This document shows, in pieces, positions 41,101 to 56,479 of a stretch of 64,000 nt of DNA. Origin of the DNA: Eledone cirrhosa (lineage: Eukaryota). The notes under the pieces are model-generated. The model was not told where the DNA came from. It saw only the letters and a list, made by a program, of their open reading frames with translations, and made no database searches. Numbering within the stretch: the first letter of the stretch is position 1; each line of letters starts with the position of its first letter. Made by a program: the position numbers and the translations under genes. The stretch covers positions 24,118,001-24,182,000 of the forward strand of contig OZ024759.1 of the NCBI GenBank assembly GCA_964016885.1. The letters run 5' to 3'.

Positions 41101-43949
41101 GAGTAATCCCTTGCTTGTCTTTCAAGCAAGTTGGTCTTTGCTCCTATGGACGTATAAACCTTTACACTATCTCATAACCATTCCTATATTCGTCTTTCCA
41201 AAACATGTGCTTTAACACTTTGAGCCCAGTTTACTTCGATATATCCCTATATATCTCTATTTTCCTTTTAACGGAAAACACCATGCTGTCTGGCTATCTC
41301 TCTCCCAATCTACCTCATACTCTCTACCTCTTTTTGAGTAATCCCTTGCTTGTCTTTCAAGCAAGTTGGTCTTTACTCCTATGGACGTATAAACCTTTAC
41401 ACTATCTCATAACCATTCCTATATTCATCTTTCCAAGTCATGTGCTTTCACACTTTGAGCCCAGTTTACTTCGATATATCTCTATATATCTCTATCTTCC
41501 TTTTAACGGAAAACAGCATGCTGTCTGGCTATCTCTCACCCAATCTACCTCATACTCTCTACCTCTTTTTGAGTAATCCCTTGCTTGTCTTTCAAGCAAG
41601 TTGGTCTTTACTCCTATGGACGTATAAACCTTTACACTATCTCATAACCATTCCTATATTCGTCTTTCCAAGTCATGTGCTTTCACACTTTGAGCCCAGT
41701 TTACTTCGATATATCCCTATATATCTCTATTTTCCTTTTAACGGAAAACACCATGCTGTCTGGCTATCTCTCTCCCAATCTACCTCATACTCTCTACCTC
41801 TTTTTGAGTAATCCCTTGCTTGTCTTTCAAGCAAGTTGGTCTTTACTCCTATGGACGTATAAACCTTTACACTATCTCATAACCATTCCTATATTCGTCT
41901 TTCCAAGTCATGTGCTTTCACACTTTGAGCCCAGTTTACTTCGATATATCTCTATATATCTCTATTTTCCTTTTAACGGAAAACACCATGCTGTCTGGCT
42001 ATCTCTCTCCCAATCTACCTCATACTCTCTACCTCTTTTTGAGTAATCCCTTGCTTGTCTTTCAAGCAAGTTGGTCTTTGCTCCTATGGACGTATAAAAC
42101 TTTACACTATCTCATAACCATTCCTATATTCGTCTTTCCAAAACATGTGCTTTAACACTTTGAGCCCAGTTTACTTCGATATATCCCTATATATCTCTAT
42201 TTTCCTTTTAACGGAAAACACCATGCTGCCTGGCTCACTCTCTCCCTTATCTACCTCATGCGATCTACCTCTTTTTGAGTAATCCCTTGCTTGTCTTTCA
42301 AGCAAGTTGGTTTTTACTCCTATGGACGTATAAACCTTTACACTATCTCATAACCATTCCTATATTCGTCTTTCCAAGTCATGTGCTTTCACACTTTGAG
42401 CCCAGTTTACTTCGATATATCTCTATATATCTCTATCTTCCTTTTAACGGAAAACACCATGCTGTCTGGCTATCTCTCACCGAATCTACCTCATACTCTC
42501 TACCTCTTTTTGAGTAATCCCTTGCTTGTCTTTCAAGCAAGTTGGTCTTTACTCCTATGGACGTATAAACCTTTACACTATCTCATAACCATTCCTATAT
42601 TCGTCTTTCCAAGTCATGTGCTTTCACACTTTGAGCCCAGTTTACTTCGATATATCGCTATATATCTCTATTTTCCTTTTAACGGAAAACACCTTGCTGT
42701 CTGGCTATCTCTCTCCCAATCTACCTCATACTCTCTACCTCTTTTTGAGTAATCCCTTGCTTGTCTTTCAAGCAAGTTGGTCTTTACTCCTATGGACGTA
42801 TAAACCTTTACACTATCTCATAACCATTCCTATATTCGTCTTTCCAAGTCATGTGCTTTCACACTTTGAGCCCAGTTTACTTCGATATATCTCTATATAT
42901 CTCTATTTTCCTTTTAACGGAAAACACCATGCTGTCTGGCTATCTCTCTCCCAATCTACCTCATACTCTCTACCTCTTTTTGAGTAATCCCTTGCTTGTC
43001 TTTCAAGCAAGTTGGTCTTTGCTCCTATGGACGTATAAACCTTTACACTATCTCATAACCATTCCTATATTCGTCTTTCCAAAACATGTGCTTTAACACT
43101 TTGAGCCCAGTTTACTTCGATATATCCCTATATATCTCTATTTTCCTTTTAACGGAAAACACCATGCTGCCTGGCTCACTCTCTCCCTTATCTACCTCAT
43201 GCGATCTACCTCTTTTTGAGTAATCCCTTGCTTGTCTTTCAAGCAAGTTGGTCTTTACTCCTATGGACGTATAAACCTTTACACTATCTCATAACCATTC
43301 CTATATTCGTCTTTCCAAGTCATGTGCTTTCACACTTTGAGCCCAGTTTACTTCGATATATCTCTATATATCTCTATCTTTCTTTTAACGGAAAACACCA
43401 TGCTGTCTGGCTATCTCTCACCGAATCTACCTCATACTCTCTACCTCTTTTTGAGTAATCCCTTGCTTGTCTTTCAAGCAAGTTGGTCTTTACTCCTATG
43501 GACGTATAAACCTTTACACTATCTCATAACCATTCCTATATTCGTCTTTCCAAGTCATGTGCTTTCACACTTTGAGCCCAGTTTACTTCGATATATCCCT
43601 ATATATCTCTATTTTCCTTTTAACGGAAAACACCATGCTGTCTGGCTATCTCTCTCCCAATCTACCTCATACTCTCTACCTCTTTTTGAGTAATCCCTTG
43701 CTTGTCTTTCAAGCAAGTTGGTCTTTACTCCTATGGACGTATATACCTTTACACTATCTCATAACCATTCCTATATTCGTCTTTCCAAGTCATGTGCTTT
43801 CACACTTTGAGCCCAGTTTACTTCGATATATCTCTATATATCTCTATTTTCCTTTTAACGGAAAACACCATGCTGTCTGGCTATCTCTCTCCCAATCTAC
43901 CTCATACTCTCTACCTCTTTTTGAGTAATCCCTTGCTTGTCTTTCAAGC

Positions 43950-46900
43950 AAGTTGGTCTTTACTCCTATGGACGTATAAACCTTTACACTATCTCATAAC
44001 CATTCCTATATTCGTCTTTCCAAGTCATGTGCTTTCACACTTTGAGCCCAGTTTACTTCGATATATCCCTATATATCTCTATTTTCCTTTTAACGGAAAA
44101 CACCATGCTGTCTGGCTATCTCTCTCCCAATCTACCTCATACTCTCTACCTCTTTTTGAGTAATCCCTTGCTTGTCTTTCAAGCAAGTTGGTCTTTACTC
44201 CTATGGACGTATAAACCTTTACACTATCTCATAACCATTCCTATATTCGTCTTTCCAAGTCATGTGCTTTCACACTTTGAGCCCAGTTTACTTCGATATA
44301 TCTCTATATATCTCTATTTTCCTTTTAACGGAAAACACCATGCTGTCTGGCTATCTCTCTCCCAATCTACCTCATACTCTCTACCTCTTTTTGAGTAATC
44401 CCTTGCTTGTCTTTCAAGCAAGTTGGTCTTTGCTCCTATGGACGTATAAAACTTTACACTATCTCATAACCATTCCTATATTCGTCTTTCCAAAACATGT
44501 GCTTTAACACTTTGAGCCCAGTTTACTTCGATATATCCCTATATATCTCTATTTTCCTTTTAACGGAAAACACCATGCTGCCTGGCTCACTCTCTCCCTT
44601 ATCTACCTCATGCGATCTACCTCTTTTTGAGTAATCCCTTGCTTGTCTTTCAAGCAAGTTGGTTTTTACTCCTATGGACGTATAAACCTTTACACTATCT
44701 CATAACCATTCCTATATTCGTCTTTCCAAGTCATGTGCTTTCACACTTTGAGCCCAGTTTACTTCGATATATCTCTATATATCTCTATCTTCCTTTTAAC
44801 GGAAAACACCATGCTGTCTGGCTATCTCTCACCGAATCTACCTCATACTCTCTACCTCTTTTTGAGTAATCCCTTGCTTGTCTTTCAAGCAAGTTGGTCT
44901 TTACTCCTATGGACGTATAAACCTTTACACTATCTCATAACCATTCCTATATTCGTCTTTCCAAGTCATGTGCTTTCACACTTTGAGCCCAGTTTACTTC
45001 GATATATCGCTATATATCTCTATTTTCCTTTTAACGGAAAACACCATGCTGTCTGGCTATCTCTCTCCCAATCTACCTCATACTCTCTACCTCTTTTTGA
45101 GTAATCCCTTGCTTGTCTTTCAAGCAAGTTGGTCTTTGCTCCTATGGACGTATAAACCTTTACACTATCTCATAACCATTCCTATATTCGTCTTTCCAAA
45201 ACATGTGCTTTAACACTTTGAGCCCAGTTTACTTCGATATATCCCTATATATCTCTATTTTCCTTTTAACGGAAAACACCATGCTGCCTGGCTCACTCTC
45301 TCCCTTATCTACCTCATGCGATCTACCTCTTTTTGAGTAATCCCTTGCTTGTCTTTCAAGCAAGTTGGTCTTTACTACTATGGACGTATATACCTTTACA
45401 CTATCTCATAACCATTCCTATATTCGTCTTTCCAAGTCATGTGCTTTCACACTTTGAGCCCAGTTTACTTCGATATATCTCTATATATCTCTATTTTCCT
45501 TTTAACGGAAAACACCATGCTGTCTGGCTATCTCTCTCCCAATCTACCTCATACTCTCTACCTCTTTTTGAGTAATCCCTTGCTTGTCTTTCAAGCAAGT
45601 TGGTCTTTACTCCTATGGACGTATAAACCTTTACACTATCTCATAACCATTCCTATATTCGTCTTTCCAAGTCATGTGCTTTCACACTTTGAGCCCAGTT
45701 CACTTCGATATATCTCTATATATCTCTATTTTCCTTTTAACGGAAAACACCATGCTGTCTGGCTATCTCTCTCCCAATCTACCTCATACTCTCTACCTCT
45801 TTTTGAGTAATCCCTTGCTTGTCTTTCAAGCAAGTTGGTCTTTACTCCTATGGACGTATAAACCTTTACACTATCTCATAACCATTCCTATATTCGTCTT
45901 TCCAAGTCATGTGCTTTCACACTTTGAGCCCAGTTTACTTCGATATATCCCTATATATCTCTATTTTCCTTTTAACGGAAAACACCATGCTGTCTGGCTA
46001 TCTCTCTCCCAATCTACCTCATACTCTCTACCTCTTTTTGAGTAATCCCTTGCTTGTCTTTCAAGCAAGTTGGTCTTTACTCCTATGGACGTATAAACCT
46101 TTACACTATCTCATAACCATTCCTATATTCGTCTTTCCAAGTCATGTGCTTTCACACTTTGAGCCCAGTTTACTTCGATATATCTCTATATATCTCTATT
46201 TTCCTTTTAACGGAAAACACCATGCTGTCTGGCTATCTCTCTCCCAATCTACCTCATACTCTCTACCTCTTTTTGAGTAATCCCTTGCTTGTCTTTCAAG
46301 CAAGTTGGTCTTTGCTCCTATGGACGTATAAAACTTTACACTATCTCATAACCATTCCTATATTCGTCTTTCCAAAACATGTGCTTTAACACTTTGAGCC
46401 CAGTTTACTTCGATATATCCCTATATATCTCTATTTTCCTTTTAACGGAAAACACCATGCTGCCTGGCTCACTCTCTCCCTTATCTACCTCATGCGATCT
46501 ACCTCTTTTTGAGTAATCCCTTGCTTGTCTTTCAAGCAAGTTGGTTTTTACTCCTATGGACGTATAAACCTTTACACTATCTCATAACCATTCCTATATT
46601 CGTCTTTCCAAGTCATGTGCTTTCACACTTTGAGCCCAGTTTACTTCGATATATCTCTATATATCTCTATCTTCCTTTTAACGGAAAACACCATGCTGTC
46701 TGGCTATCTCTCACCGAATCTACCTCATACTCTCTACCTCTTTTTGAGTAATCCCTTGCTTGTCTTTCAAGCAAGTTGGTCTTTACTCCTATGGACGTAT
46801 AAACCTTTACACTATCTCATAACCATTCCTATATTCGTCTTTCCAAGTCATGTGCTTTCACAATTTGAGCCCAGTTTACTTCGATATATCGCTATATATC

Positions 46901-47250
46901 TCTATTTTCCTTTTAACGGAAAACACCATGCTGTCTGGCTATCTCTCTCCCAATCTACCTCATACTCTCTACCTCTTTTTGAGTAATCCCTTGCTTGTCT
47001 TTCAAGCAAGTTGGTCTTTGCTCCTATGGACGTATAAACCTTTACACTATCTCATAACCATTCCTATATTCGTCTTTCCAAAACATGTGCTTTAACACTT
47101 TGAGCCCAGTTTACTTCGATATATCCCTATATATCTCTATTTTCCTTTTAACGGAAAACACCATGCTGCCTGGCTCACTCTCTCCCTTATCTACCTCATG
47201 CGATCTACCTCTTTTTGAGTAATCCCTTGCTTGTCTTTCAAGCAAGTTGG
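43950..47250 (+). repeat. Higher-order duplication: 8-monomer block (1882 bp)
   Basis: ORF pairs 44262/46144, 44627/46509, 44968/46850 and 45333/47215 are offset by 1882. TATAAAACTT and TGGTTTTTAC variants are shared. Confidence 0.8.
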
Positions 47251-50200
47251 TCTTTACTCCTATGGACGTATAAACCTTTACACTATCTCATAACCATTCC
47301 TATATTCGTCTTTCCAAGTCATGTGCTTTCACACTTTGAGCCCAGTTCACTTCGATATATCTCTATATATCTCTATTTTCCTTTTAACGGAAAACACCAT
47401 GCTGTCTGGCTATCTCTCTCCCAATCTACCTCATACTCTCTACCTCTTTTTGAGTAATCCCTTGCTTGTCTTTCAAGCAAGTTGGTCTTTACTCCTATGG
47501 ACGTATAAACCTTTACACTATCTCATAACCATTCCTATATTCGTCTTTCCAAGTCATGTGCTTTCACACTTTGAGCCCAGTTTACTTCGATATATCCCTA
47601 TATATCTCTATTTTCCTTTTAACGGAAAACACCATGCTGTCTGGCTATCTCTCTCCCAATCTACCTCATACTCTCTAGCTCTTTTTGAGTAATCCCTTGC
47701 TTGTCTTTCAAGCAAGTTGGTCTTTACTCCTATGGACGTATAAACCTTTACACTATCTCATAACCATTCCTATATTCGTCTTTCCAAGTCATGTGCTTTC
47801 ACACTTTGAGCCCAGTTTACTTCGATATATCTCTATATATCTCTATTTTCCTTTTAACGGAAAACACCATGCTGTCTGGCTATCTCTCTCCCAATCTACC
47901 TCATACTCTCTACCTCTTTTTGAGTAATCCCTTGCTTGTCTTTCAAGCAAGTTGGTCTTTGCTCCTATGGACGTATAAAACTTTACACTATCTCATAACC
48001 ATTCCTATATTCGTCTTTCCAAAACATGTGCTTTAACACTTTGAGCCCAGTTTACTTCGATATATCCCTATATATCTCTATTTTCCTTTTAACGGAAAAC
48101 ACCATGCTGCCTGGCTCACTCTCTCCCTTATCTACCTCATGCGATCTACCTCTTTTTGAGTAATCCCTTGCTTGTCTTTCAAGCAAGTTGGTTTTTACTC
48201 CTATGGACGTATAAACCTTTACACTATCTCATAACCATTCCTATATTCGTCTTTCCAAGTCATGTGCTTTCACACTTTGAGCCCAGTTTACTTCGATATA
48301 TCTCTATATATCTCTATCTTCCTTTTAACGGAAAACACCATGCTGTCTGGCTATCTCTCACCGAATCTACCTCATACTCTCTACCTCTTTTTGAGTAATC
48401 CCTTGCTTGTCTTTCAAGCAAGTTGGTCTTTACTCCTATGGACGTATAAACCTTTACACTATCTCATAACCATTCCTATATTCGTCTTTCCAAGTCATGT
48501 GCTTTCACACTTTGAGCCCAGTTTACTTCGATATATCGCTATATATCTCTATTTTCCTTTTAACGGAAAACACCATGCTGTCTGGCTATCTCTCTCCCAA
48601 TCTACCTCATACTCTCTACCTCTTTTTGAGTAATCCCTTGCTTGTCTTTCAAGCAAGTTGGTCTTTACTCCTATGGACGTATAAACCTTTACACTATCTC
48701 ATAACCATTCCTATATTCGTCTTTCCAAGTCATGTGCTTTCACACTTTGAGCCCAGTTTACTTCGATATATCTCTATATATCTCTATTTTCCTTTTAACG
48801 GAAAACACCATGCTGTCTGGCTATCTCTCTCCCAATCTACCTCATACTCTCTACCTCTTTTTGAGTAATCCCTTGCTTGTCTTTCAAGCAAGTTGGTCTT
48901 TGCTCCTATGGACGTATAAACCTTTACACTATCTCATAACCATTCCTATATTCGTCTTTCCAAAACATGTGCTTTAACACTTTGAGCCCAGTTTACTTCG
49001 ATATATCCCTATATATCTCTATTTTCCTTTTAACGGAAAACACCATGCTGCCTGGCTCACTCTCTCCCTTATCTACCTCATGCGATCTACCTCTTTTTGA
49101 GTAATCCCTTGCTTGTCTTTCAAGCAAGTTGGTCTTTACTCCTATGGACGTATAAACCTTTACACTATCTCATAACCATTCCTATATTCGTCTTTCCAAG
49201 TCATGTGCTTTCACACTTTGAGCCCAGTTTACTTCGATATATCTCTATATATCTCTATCTTCCTTTTAACGGAAAACACCATGCTGTCTGGCTATCTCTC
49301 TCCGAATCTACCTCATACTCTCTACCTCTTTTTGAGTAATCCCTTGCTTGTCTTTCAAGCAAGTTGGTCTTTACTCCTATGGACGTATAAACCTTTACAC
49401 TATCTCATAACCATTCCTATATTCGTCTTTCCAAGTCATGTGCTTTCACACTTTGAGCCCAGTTTACTTCGATATATCCCTATATATCTCTATTTTCCTT
49501 TTAACGGAAAACACCTTGCTGTCTTGCTATCTCTCTCCCAATCTACCTCATACTCTCTACCTCTTTTTGAGTAACCCTTGCTTGTCTTTCAAGCAAGTTG
49601 GTCTTTACTCCTATGGACGTATAAACCTTTACACTATCTCATAACCATTCCTATATTCGTCTTTCCAAAACATGTGCTTTAACACTTTGAGCCCAGTTTA
49701 CTTCGATATATCCCTATATATCTCTATTTTCCTTTTAACGGAAAACACCATGCTGTCTGGCTCTCTTTCTCCCTTATCTACCTCATGCGATCTACCTCTT
49801 TTTGAGTAATCCCTTGCTTGTCTTTCAAGCAAGTTGGTCTTTACTCCCATGGACGTATAAACCTTTACACTATCTCATAACCATTCCCATATTCGTCTTT
49901 CCAAGTCATGTGCTTTAACACTTTGAGCCCGGTTTACTTCGATATATCTCTATATATCTCTATTTTCCTTTTAACGGAAAACACCATGCTGTCTGGCTAT
50001 CTCTCTCCCAATCTACCTCATACTCTCTACCTCTTTTTGAGTAATCCCTTGCTTGTCTTTCAAGCAAGTTGGTCTTTACTCCTATGGACGTATAAACCTT
50101 TACACTATCTCATAACCATTCCTATATTCGTCTTTCCAAGTCATGTGCTTTCACACTTTGAGCCCAGTTTACTTCGATATATCTCTATATATCTCTATCT

Positions 50201-53200
50201 TCTTTTTAACGGAAAACACCATGCTGTCTGGCTATCTCTCTCCCAATCTACCTCATACTCTCTAGCACTTTTTTGGTAATCCCTTGCTTGTCTTTCAAGC
50301 AAGTTGGTCTTTACTCCTATGGACGTATAAACCTTTACACTATCTCATAACCATTCCTATATTCGTCTTTCCAAGTCATGTGCTTTCACACTTTGAGCCC
50401 AGTTTACTTCGATATATCTCTATATATTTCTATTTTCCTTTTAACGGAAAACACCATGCTGTCTGGCTATCTCTCTCCCAATCTACCTCATACTCTCTAC
50501 CTCTTTTTGAGTAATCCCTTGCTTGTCTTTCAAGCAAGTTGGTCTTTACTCCTATGGACGTATAAACCTTTACACTATCTCATAACCATTCCTATATTCG
50601 TCTTTCCAAGTCATGTGCTTTCACACTTTGAGCCCAGTTTACTTCGATATATCTCTATATATCTCTATCTTCTTTTTAACGGAAAACACCATGCTGTCTG
50701 GCTATCTCTCTCCCAATCTACCTCATACTCTCTAGCACTTTTTTAGTAATCCCTTGCTTGTCTTTCAAGCAAGTTGGTCTTTACTCCTATGGACGTATAA
50801 ACCTTTACACTATCTCATAACCATTCCTATATTCGTCTTTCCAAGTCATGTGCTTTCACACTTTGAGCCCAGTTTACTTCGATATATCTCTATATATTTC
50901 TATTTTCCTTTTAACGGAAAACACCATGCTGTCTGGCTATCTCTCTCCCAATCTACCTCATACTCTCTACCTCTTTTTGAGTAATCCCTTGCTTGTCTTT
51001 CAAGCAAGTTGGTCTTTACTCCTATGGACGTATAAACCTTTACACTATCTCATAACCATTCCTATATTCGTCTTTCCAAGTCATGTGCTTTCACACTTTG
51101 AGCCCAGTTTACTTCGATATATCTCTATATATCTCTATTTTCCTTTTAACGGAAAACACCATGCTGTCTGGCTATCTCTCTCCCAATCTACCTCATACTC
51201 TCTACCTCTTTTTGAGTAATCCCTTGCTTGTCTTTCAAGCAAGTTGGTCTTTGCTCCTATGGACGTATAAACCTTTACACTATCTCATAACCATTCCTAT
51301 ATTCGTCTTTCCAAGTCATGTGCTTTCACACTTTGAGCCCAGTTTACTTCGATATATCTCTATATATCTCTATTTTCCTTTTAACGGAAAACACCATGCT
51401 GTCTGGCTATCTCTCTCCCAATCTACCTCATACTCTCTACCTCTTTTTGAGTAATCCCTTGCTTGTCTTTCAAGCAAGTTGGTCTTTACTCCTATGGACG
51501 TATAAACCTTTACACTATCTCATAACCATTCCTATATTCGTCTTTCCAAGTCATGTGCTTTCACACTTTGAGCCCAGTTCACTTCGATATATCTCTATAT
51601 ATCTCTATTTTCCTTTTAACGGAAAACACCATGCTGTCTGGCTATCTCTCTCCCAATCTACCTCATACTCTCTACCTCTTTTTGAGTAATCCCTTGCTTG
51701 TCTTTCAAGCAAGTTGGTCTTTACTCCTATGGACGTATAAACCTTTACACTATCTCATAACCATTCCTATATTCGTCTTTCCAAGTCATGTGCTTTCACA
51801 CTTTGAGCCCAGTTTACTTCGATATATCCCTATATATCTCTATTTTCCTTTTAACGGAAAACACCATGCTGTCTGGCTATCTCTCTCCCAATCTACCTCA
51901 TACTCTCTAGCTCTTTTTGAGTAATCCCTTGCTTGTCTTTCAAGCAAGTTGGTCTTTACTCCTATGGACGTATAAACCTTTACACTATCTCATAACCATT
52001 CCTATATTCGTCTTTCCAAGTCATGTGCTTTCACACTTTGAGCCCAGTTTACTTCGATATATCTCTATATATCTCTATTTTCCTTTTAACGGAAAACACC
52101 ATGCTGTCTGGCTATCTCTCTCCCAATCTACCTCATACTCTCTACCTCTTTTTGAGTAATCCCTTGCTTGTCTTTCAAGCAAGTTGGTCTTTGCTCCTAT
52201 GGACGTATAAAACTTTACACTATCTCATAACCATTCCTATATTCGTCTTTCCAAAACATGTGCTTTAACACTTTGAGCCCAGTTTACTTCGATATATCCC
52301 TATATATCTCTATTTTCCTTTTAACGGAAAACACCATGCTGCCTGGCTCACTCTCTCCCTTATCTACCTCATGCGATCTACCTCTTTTTGAGTAATCCCT
52401 TGCTTGTCTTTCAAGCAAGTTGGTTTTTACTCCTATGGACGTATAAACCTTTACACTATCTCATAACCATTCCTATATTCGTCTTTCCAAGTCATGTGCT
52501 TTCACACTTTGAGCCCAGTTTACTTCGATATATCTCTATATATCTCTATCTTCCTTTTAACGGAAAACACCATGCTGTCTGGCTATCTCTCACCGAATCT
52601 ACCTCATACTCTCTACCTCTTTTTGAGTAATCCCTTGCTTGTCTTTCAAGCAAGTTGGTCTTTACTCCTATGGACGTATAAACCTTTACACTATCTCATA
52701 ACCATTCCTATATTCGTCTTTCCAAGTCATGTGCTTTCACACTTTGAGCCCAGTTTACTTCGATATATCGCTATATATCTCTATTTTCCTTTTAACGGAA
52801 AACACCATGCTGTCTGGCTATCTCTCTCCCAATCTACCTCATACTCTCTACCTCTTTTTGAGTAATCCCTTGCTTGTCTTTCAAGCAAGTTGGTCTTTAC
52901 TCCTATGGACGTATAAACCTTTACACTATCTCATAACCATTCCTATATTCGTCTTTCCAAGTCATGTGCTTTCACACTTTGAGCCCAGTTTACTTCGATA
53001 TATCTCTATATATCTCTATTTTCCTTTTAACGGAAAACACCATGCTGTCTGGCTATCTCTCTCCCAATCTACCTCATACTCTCTACCTCTTTTTGAGTAA
53101 TCCCTTGCTTGTCTTTCAAGCAAGTTGGTCTTTGCTCCTATGGACGTATAAACCTTTACACTATCTCATAACCATTCCTATATTCGTCTTTCCAAAACAT

Positions 53201-54570
53201 GTGCTTTAACACTTTGAGCCCAGTTTACTTCGATATATCCCTATATATCTCTATTTTCCTTTTAACGGAAAACACCATGCTGCCTGGCTCACTCTCTCCC
53301 TTATCTACCTCATGCGATCTACCTCTTTTTGAGTAATCCCTTGCTTGTCTTTCAAGCAAGTTGGTCTTTACTCCTATGGACGTATAAACCTTTACACTAT
53401 CTCATAACCATTCCTATATTCGTCTTTCCAAGTCATGTGCTTTCACACTTTGAGCCCAGTTTACTTCGATATATCTCTATATATCTCTATCTTCCTTTTA
53501 ACGGAAAACACCATGCTGTCTGGCTATCTCTCACCGAATCTACCTCATACTCTCTACCTCTTTTTGAGTAATCCCTTGCTTGTCTTTCAAGCAAGTTGGT
53601 CTTTACTCCTATGGACGTATAAACCTTTACACTATCTCATAACCATTCCTATATTCGTCTTTCCAAGTCATGTGCTTTCACACTTTGAGCCCAGTTTACT
53701 TCGATATATCCCTATATATCTCTATTTTCCTTTTAACGGAAAACACCATGCTGTCTGGCTATCTCTCTCCCAATCTACCTCATACTCTCTACCTCTTTTT
53801 GAGTAATCCCTTGCTTGTCTTTCAAGCAAGTTGGTCTTTACTCCTATGGACGTATATACCTTTACACTATCTCATAACAATTCCTATATTCGTCTTTCCA
53901 AAACATGTGCTTTAACACTTTGAGCCCAGTTTACTTCGATATATCCCTATATATCTCTATTTTCCTTTTAACGGAAAACACCTTGCTGTCTTGCTATCTC
54001 TCTCCCAATCTACCTCATACTCTCTACCTCTTTTTGAGTAACCCTTGCTTGTCTTTCAAGCAAGTTGGTCTTTACTCCTATGGACGTATAAACCTTTACA
54101 CTATCTCATAACCATTCCTATATTCGTCTTTCCAAAACATGTGCTTTAACACTTTGAGCCCAGTTTACTTCGATATATCCCTATATATCTCTATTTTCCT
54201 TTTAACGGAAAACACCATGCTGTCTGGCTCTCTTTCTCCCTTATCTACCTCATGCGATCTACCTCTTTTTGAGTAATCCCTTGCTTGTCTTTCAAGCAAG
54301 TTGGTCTTTACTCCCATGGACGTATAAACCTTTACACTATCTCATAACCATTCCCATATTCGTCTTTCCAAGTCATGTGCTTTAACACTTTGAGCCCGGT
54401 TTACTTCGATATATCTCTATATATCTCTATTTTCCTTTTAACGGAAAACACCATGCTGTCTGGCTATCTCTCTCCCAATCTACCTCATACTCTCTACCTC
54501 TTTTTGAGTAATCCCTTGCTTGTCTTTCAGGCAAGTTGGTCTTTACTCCTATGGACGTATAAACCTTTAC
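47230..54570 (+). repeat. Higher-order duplication with an 18/19-monomer offset (4232/4467 bp)
   Basis: CCAGTTCACTT and CTCTAGCTCT variants are shared. ORF pairs 47321/51553, 47685/51917, 48156/52388 and 49097/53329 are offset by 4232. After that, GGCTCTCTTTCT is shared and pair 49908/54375 is offset by 4467. Confidence 0.85.
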
Positions 54571-56479
54571 ACTATCTCATAACCATTCCTATATTCGTCT
54601 TTCCAAGTCATGTGCTTTCACACTTTGAGCCCAGTTTACTTCGATATATCTCTATATATTTCTATTTTCCTTTTAACGGAAAACACCATGCTGTCTGGCT
54701 ATCTCTCTCCCAATCTACCTCATACTCTCTACCTCTTTTTGAGTAATCCCTTGCTTGTCTTTCAAGCAAGTTGGTCTTTACTCCTATGGACGTATAAACC
54801 TTTACACTATCTCATAACCATTCCTATATTCGTCTTTCCAAGTCATGTGCTTTCACACTTTGAGCCCAGTTTACTTCGATATATCTCTATATATCTCTAT
54901 CTTCTTTTTAACGGAAAACACCATGCTGTCTGGCTATCTCTCTCCCAATCTACCTCATACTCTCTAGCACTTTTTTAGTAATCCCTTGCTTGTCTTTCAA
55001 GCAAGTTGGTCTTTACTCCTATGGACGTATAAACCTTTACACTATCTCATAACCATTCCTATATTCGTCTTTCCAAGTCATGTGCTTTCACACTTTGAGC
55101 CCAGTTTACTTCGATATATCTCTATATATTTCTATTTTCCTTTTAACGGAAAACACCATGCTGTCTGGCTATCTCTCTCCCAATCTACCTCATACTCTCT
55201 ACCTCTTTTTGAGTAATCCCTTGCTTGTCTTTCAAGCAAGTTGGTCTTTACTCCTATGGACGTATAAACCTTTACACTATCTCATAACCATTCCTATATT
55301 CGTCTTTCCAAGTCATGTGCTTTCACACTTTGAGCCCAGTTTACTTCGATATATCTCTATATATCTCTATTTTCCTTTTAACGGAAAACACCATGCTGTC
55401 TGGCTATCTCTCTCCCAATCTACCTCATACTCTCTACCTCTTTTTGAGTAATCCCTTGCTTGTCTTTCAAGCAAGTTGGTCTTTTCTCCTATGGACGTAT
55501 AAACCTTTACACTATCTCATAACCATTCCTATATTCGTCTTTCCAAAACATGTGCTTTAACACTTTGAGCCCAGTTTACTTCGATATATCCCTATATATC
55601 TCTATTTTCCTTTTAACGGAAAACACCATGCTGTCTGGCTCACTCTCTCCCTTATCTACCTCATGCGATCTACCTCTTTTTGAGTAATCCCTTGCTTGTC
55701 TTTCAAGCAAGTTGGTCTTTACTCCTATGGACGTATAAACCTTTACACTATCTCATAACCATTCCTATATTCGTCTTTCCAAGTCATGTGCTTTCACACT
55801 TTGAGCCCAGTTTACTTCGATATATCTCTATATATCTCTATCTTCCTTTTAACGGAAAACACCATGCTGTCTGGCTATCTCTCACCGAATCTACCTCATA
55901 CTCTCTACCTCTTTTTGAGTAATCCCTTGCTTGTCTTTCAAGCAAGTTGGTCTTTACTCCTATGGACGTATAAACCTTTACACTATCTCATAACCATTCC
56001 TATATTCGTCTTTCCAAGTCATGTGCTTTCACACTTTGAGCCCAGTTTACTTCGATATATCGCTATATATCTCTATTTTCCTTTTAACGGAAAACACCAT
56101 GCTGTCTGGCTATCTCTCTCCCAATCTACCTCATACTCTCTACCTCTTTTTGAGTAATCCCTTGCTTGTCTTTCAAGCAAGTTGGTCTTTACTCCTATGG
56201 ACGTATAAACCTTTACACTATCTCATAACCATTCCTATATTCGTCTTTCCAAGTCATGTGCTTTCACACTTTGAGCCCAGTTTACTTCGATATATCTCTA
56301 TATATCTCTATTTTCCTTTTAACGGAAAACACCATGCTGTCTGGCTATCTCTCTCCCAATCTACCTCATACTCTCTACCTCTTTTTGAGTAATCCCTTGC
56401 TTGTCTTTCAAGCAAGTTGGTCTTTGCTCCTATGGACGTATAAACCTTTACACTATCTCATAACCATTCCTATATTCGT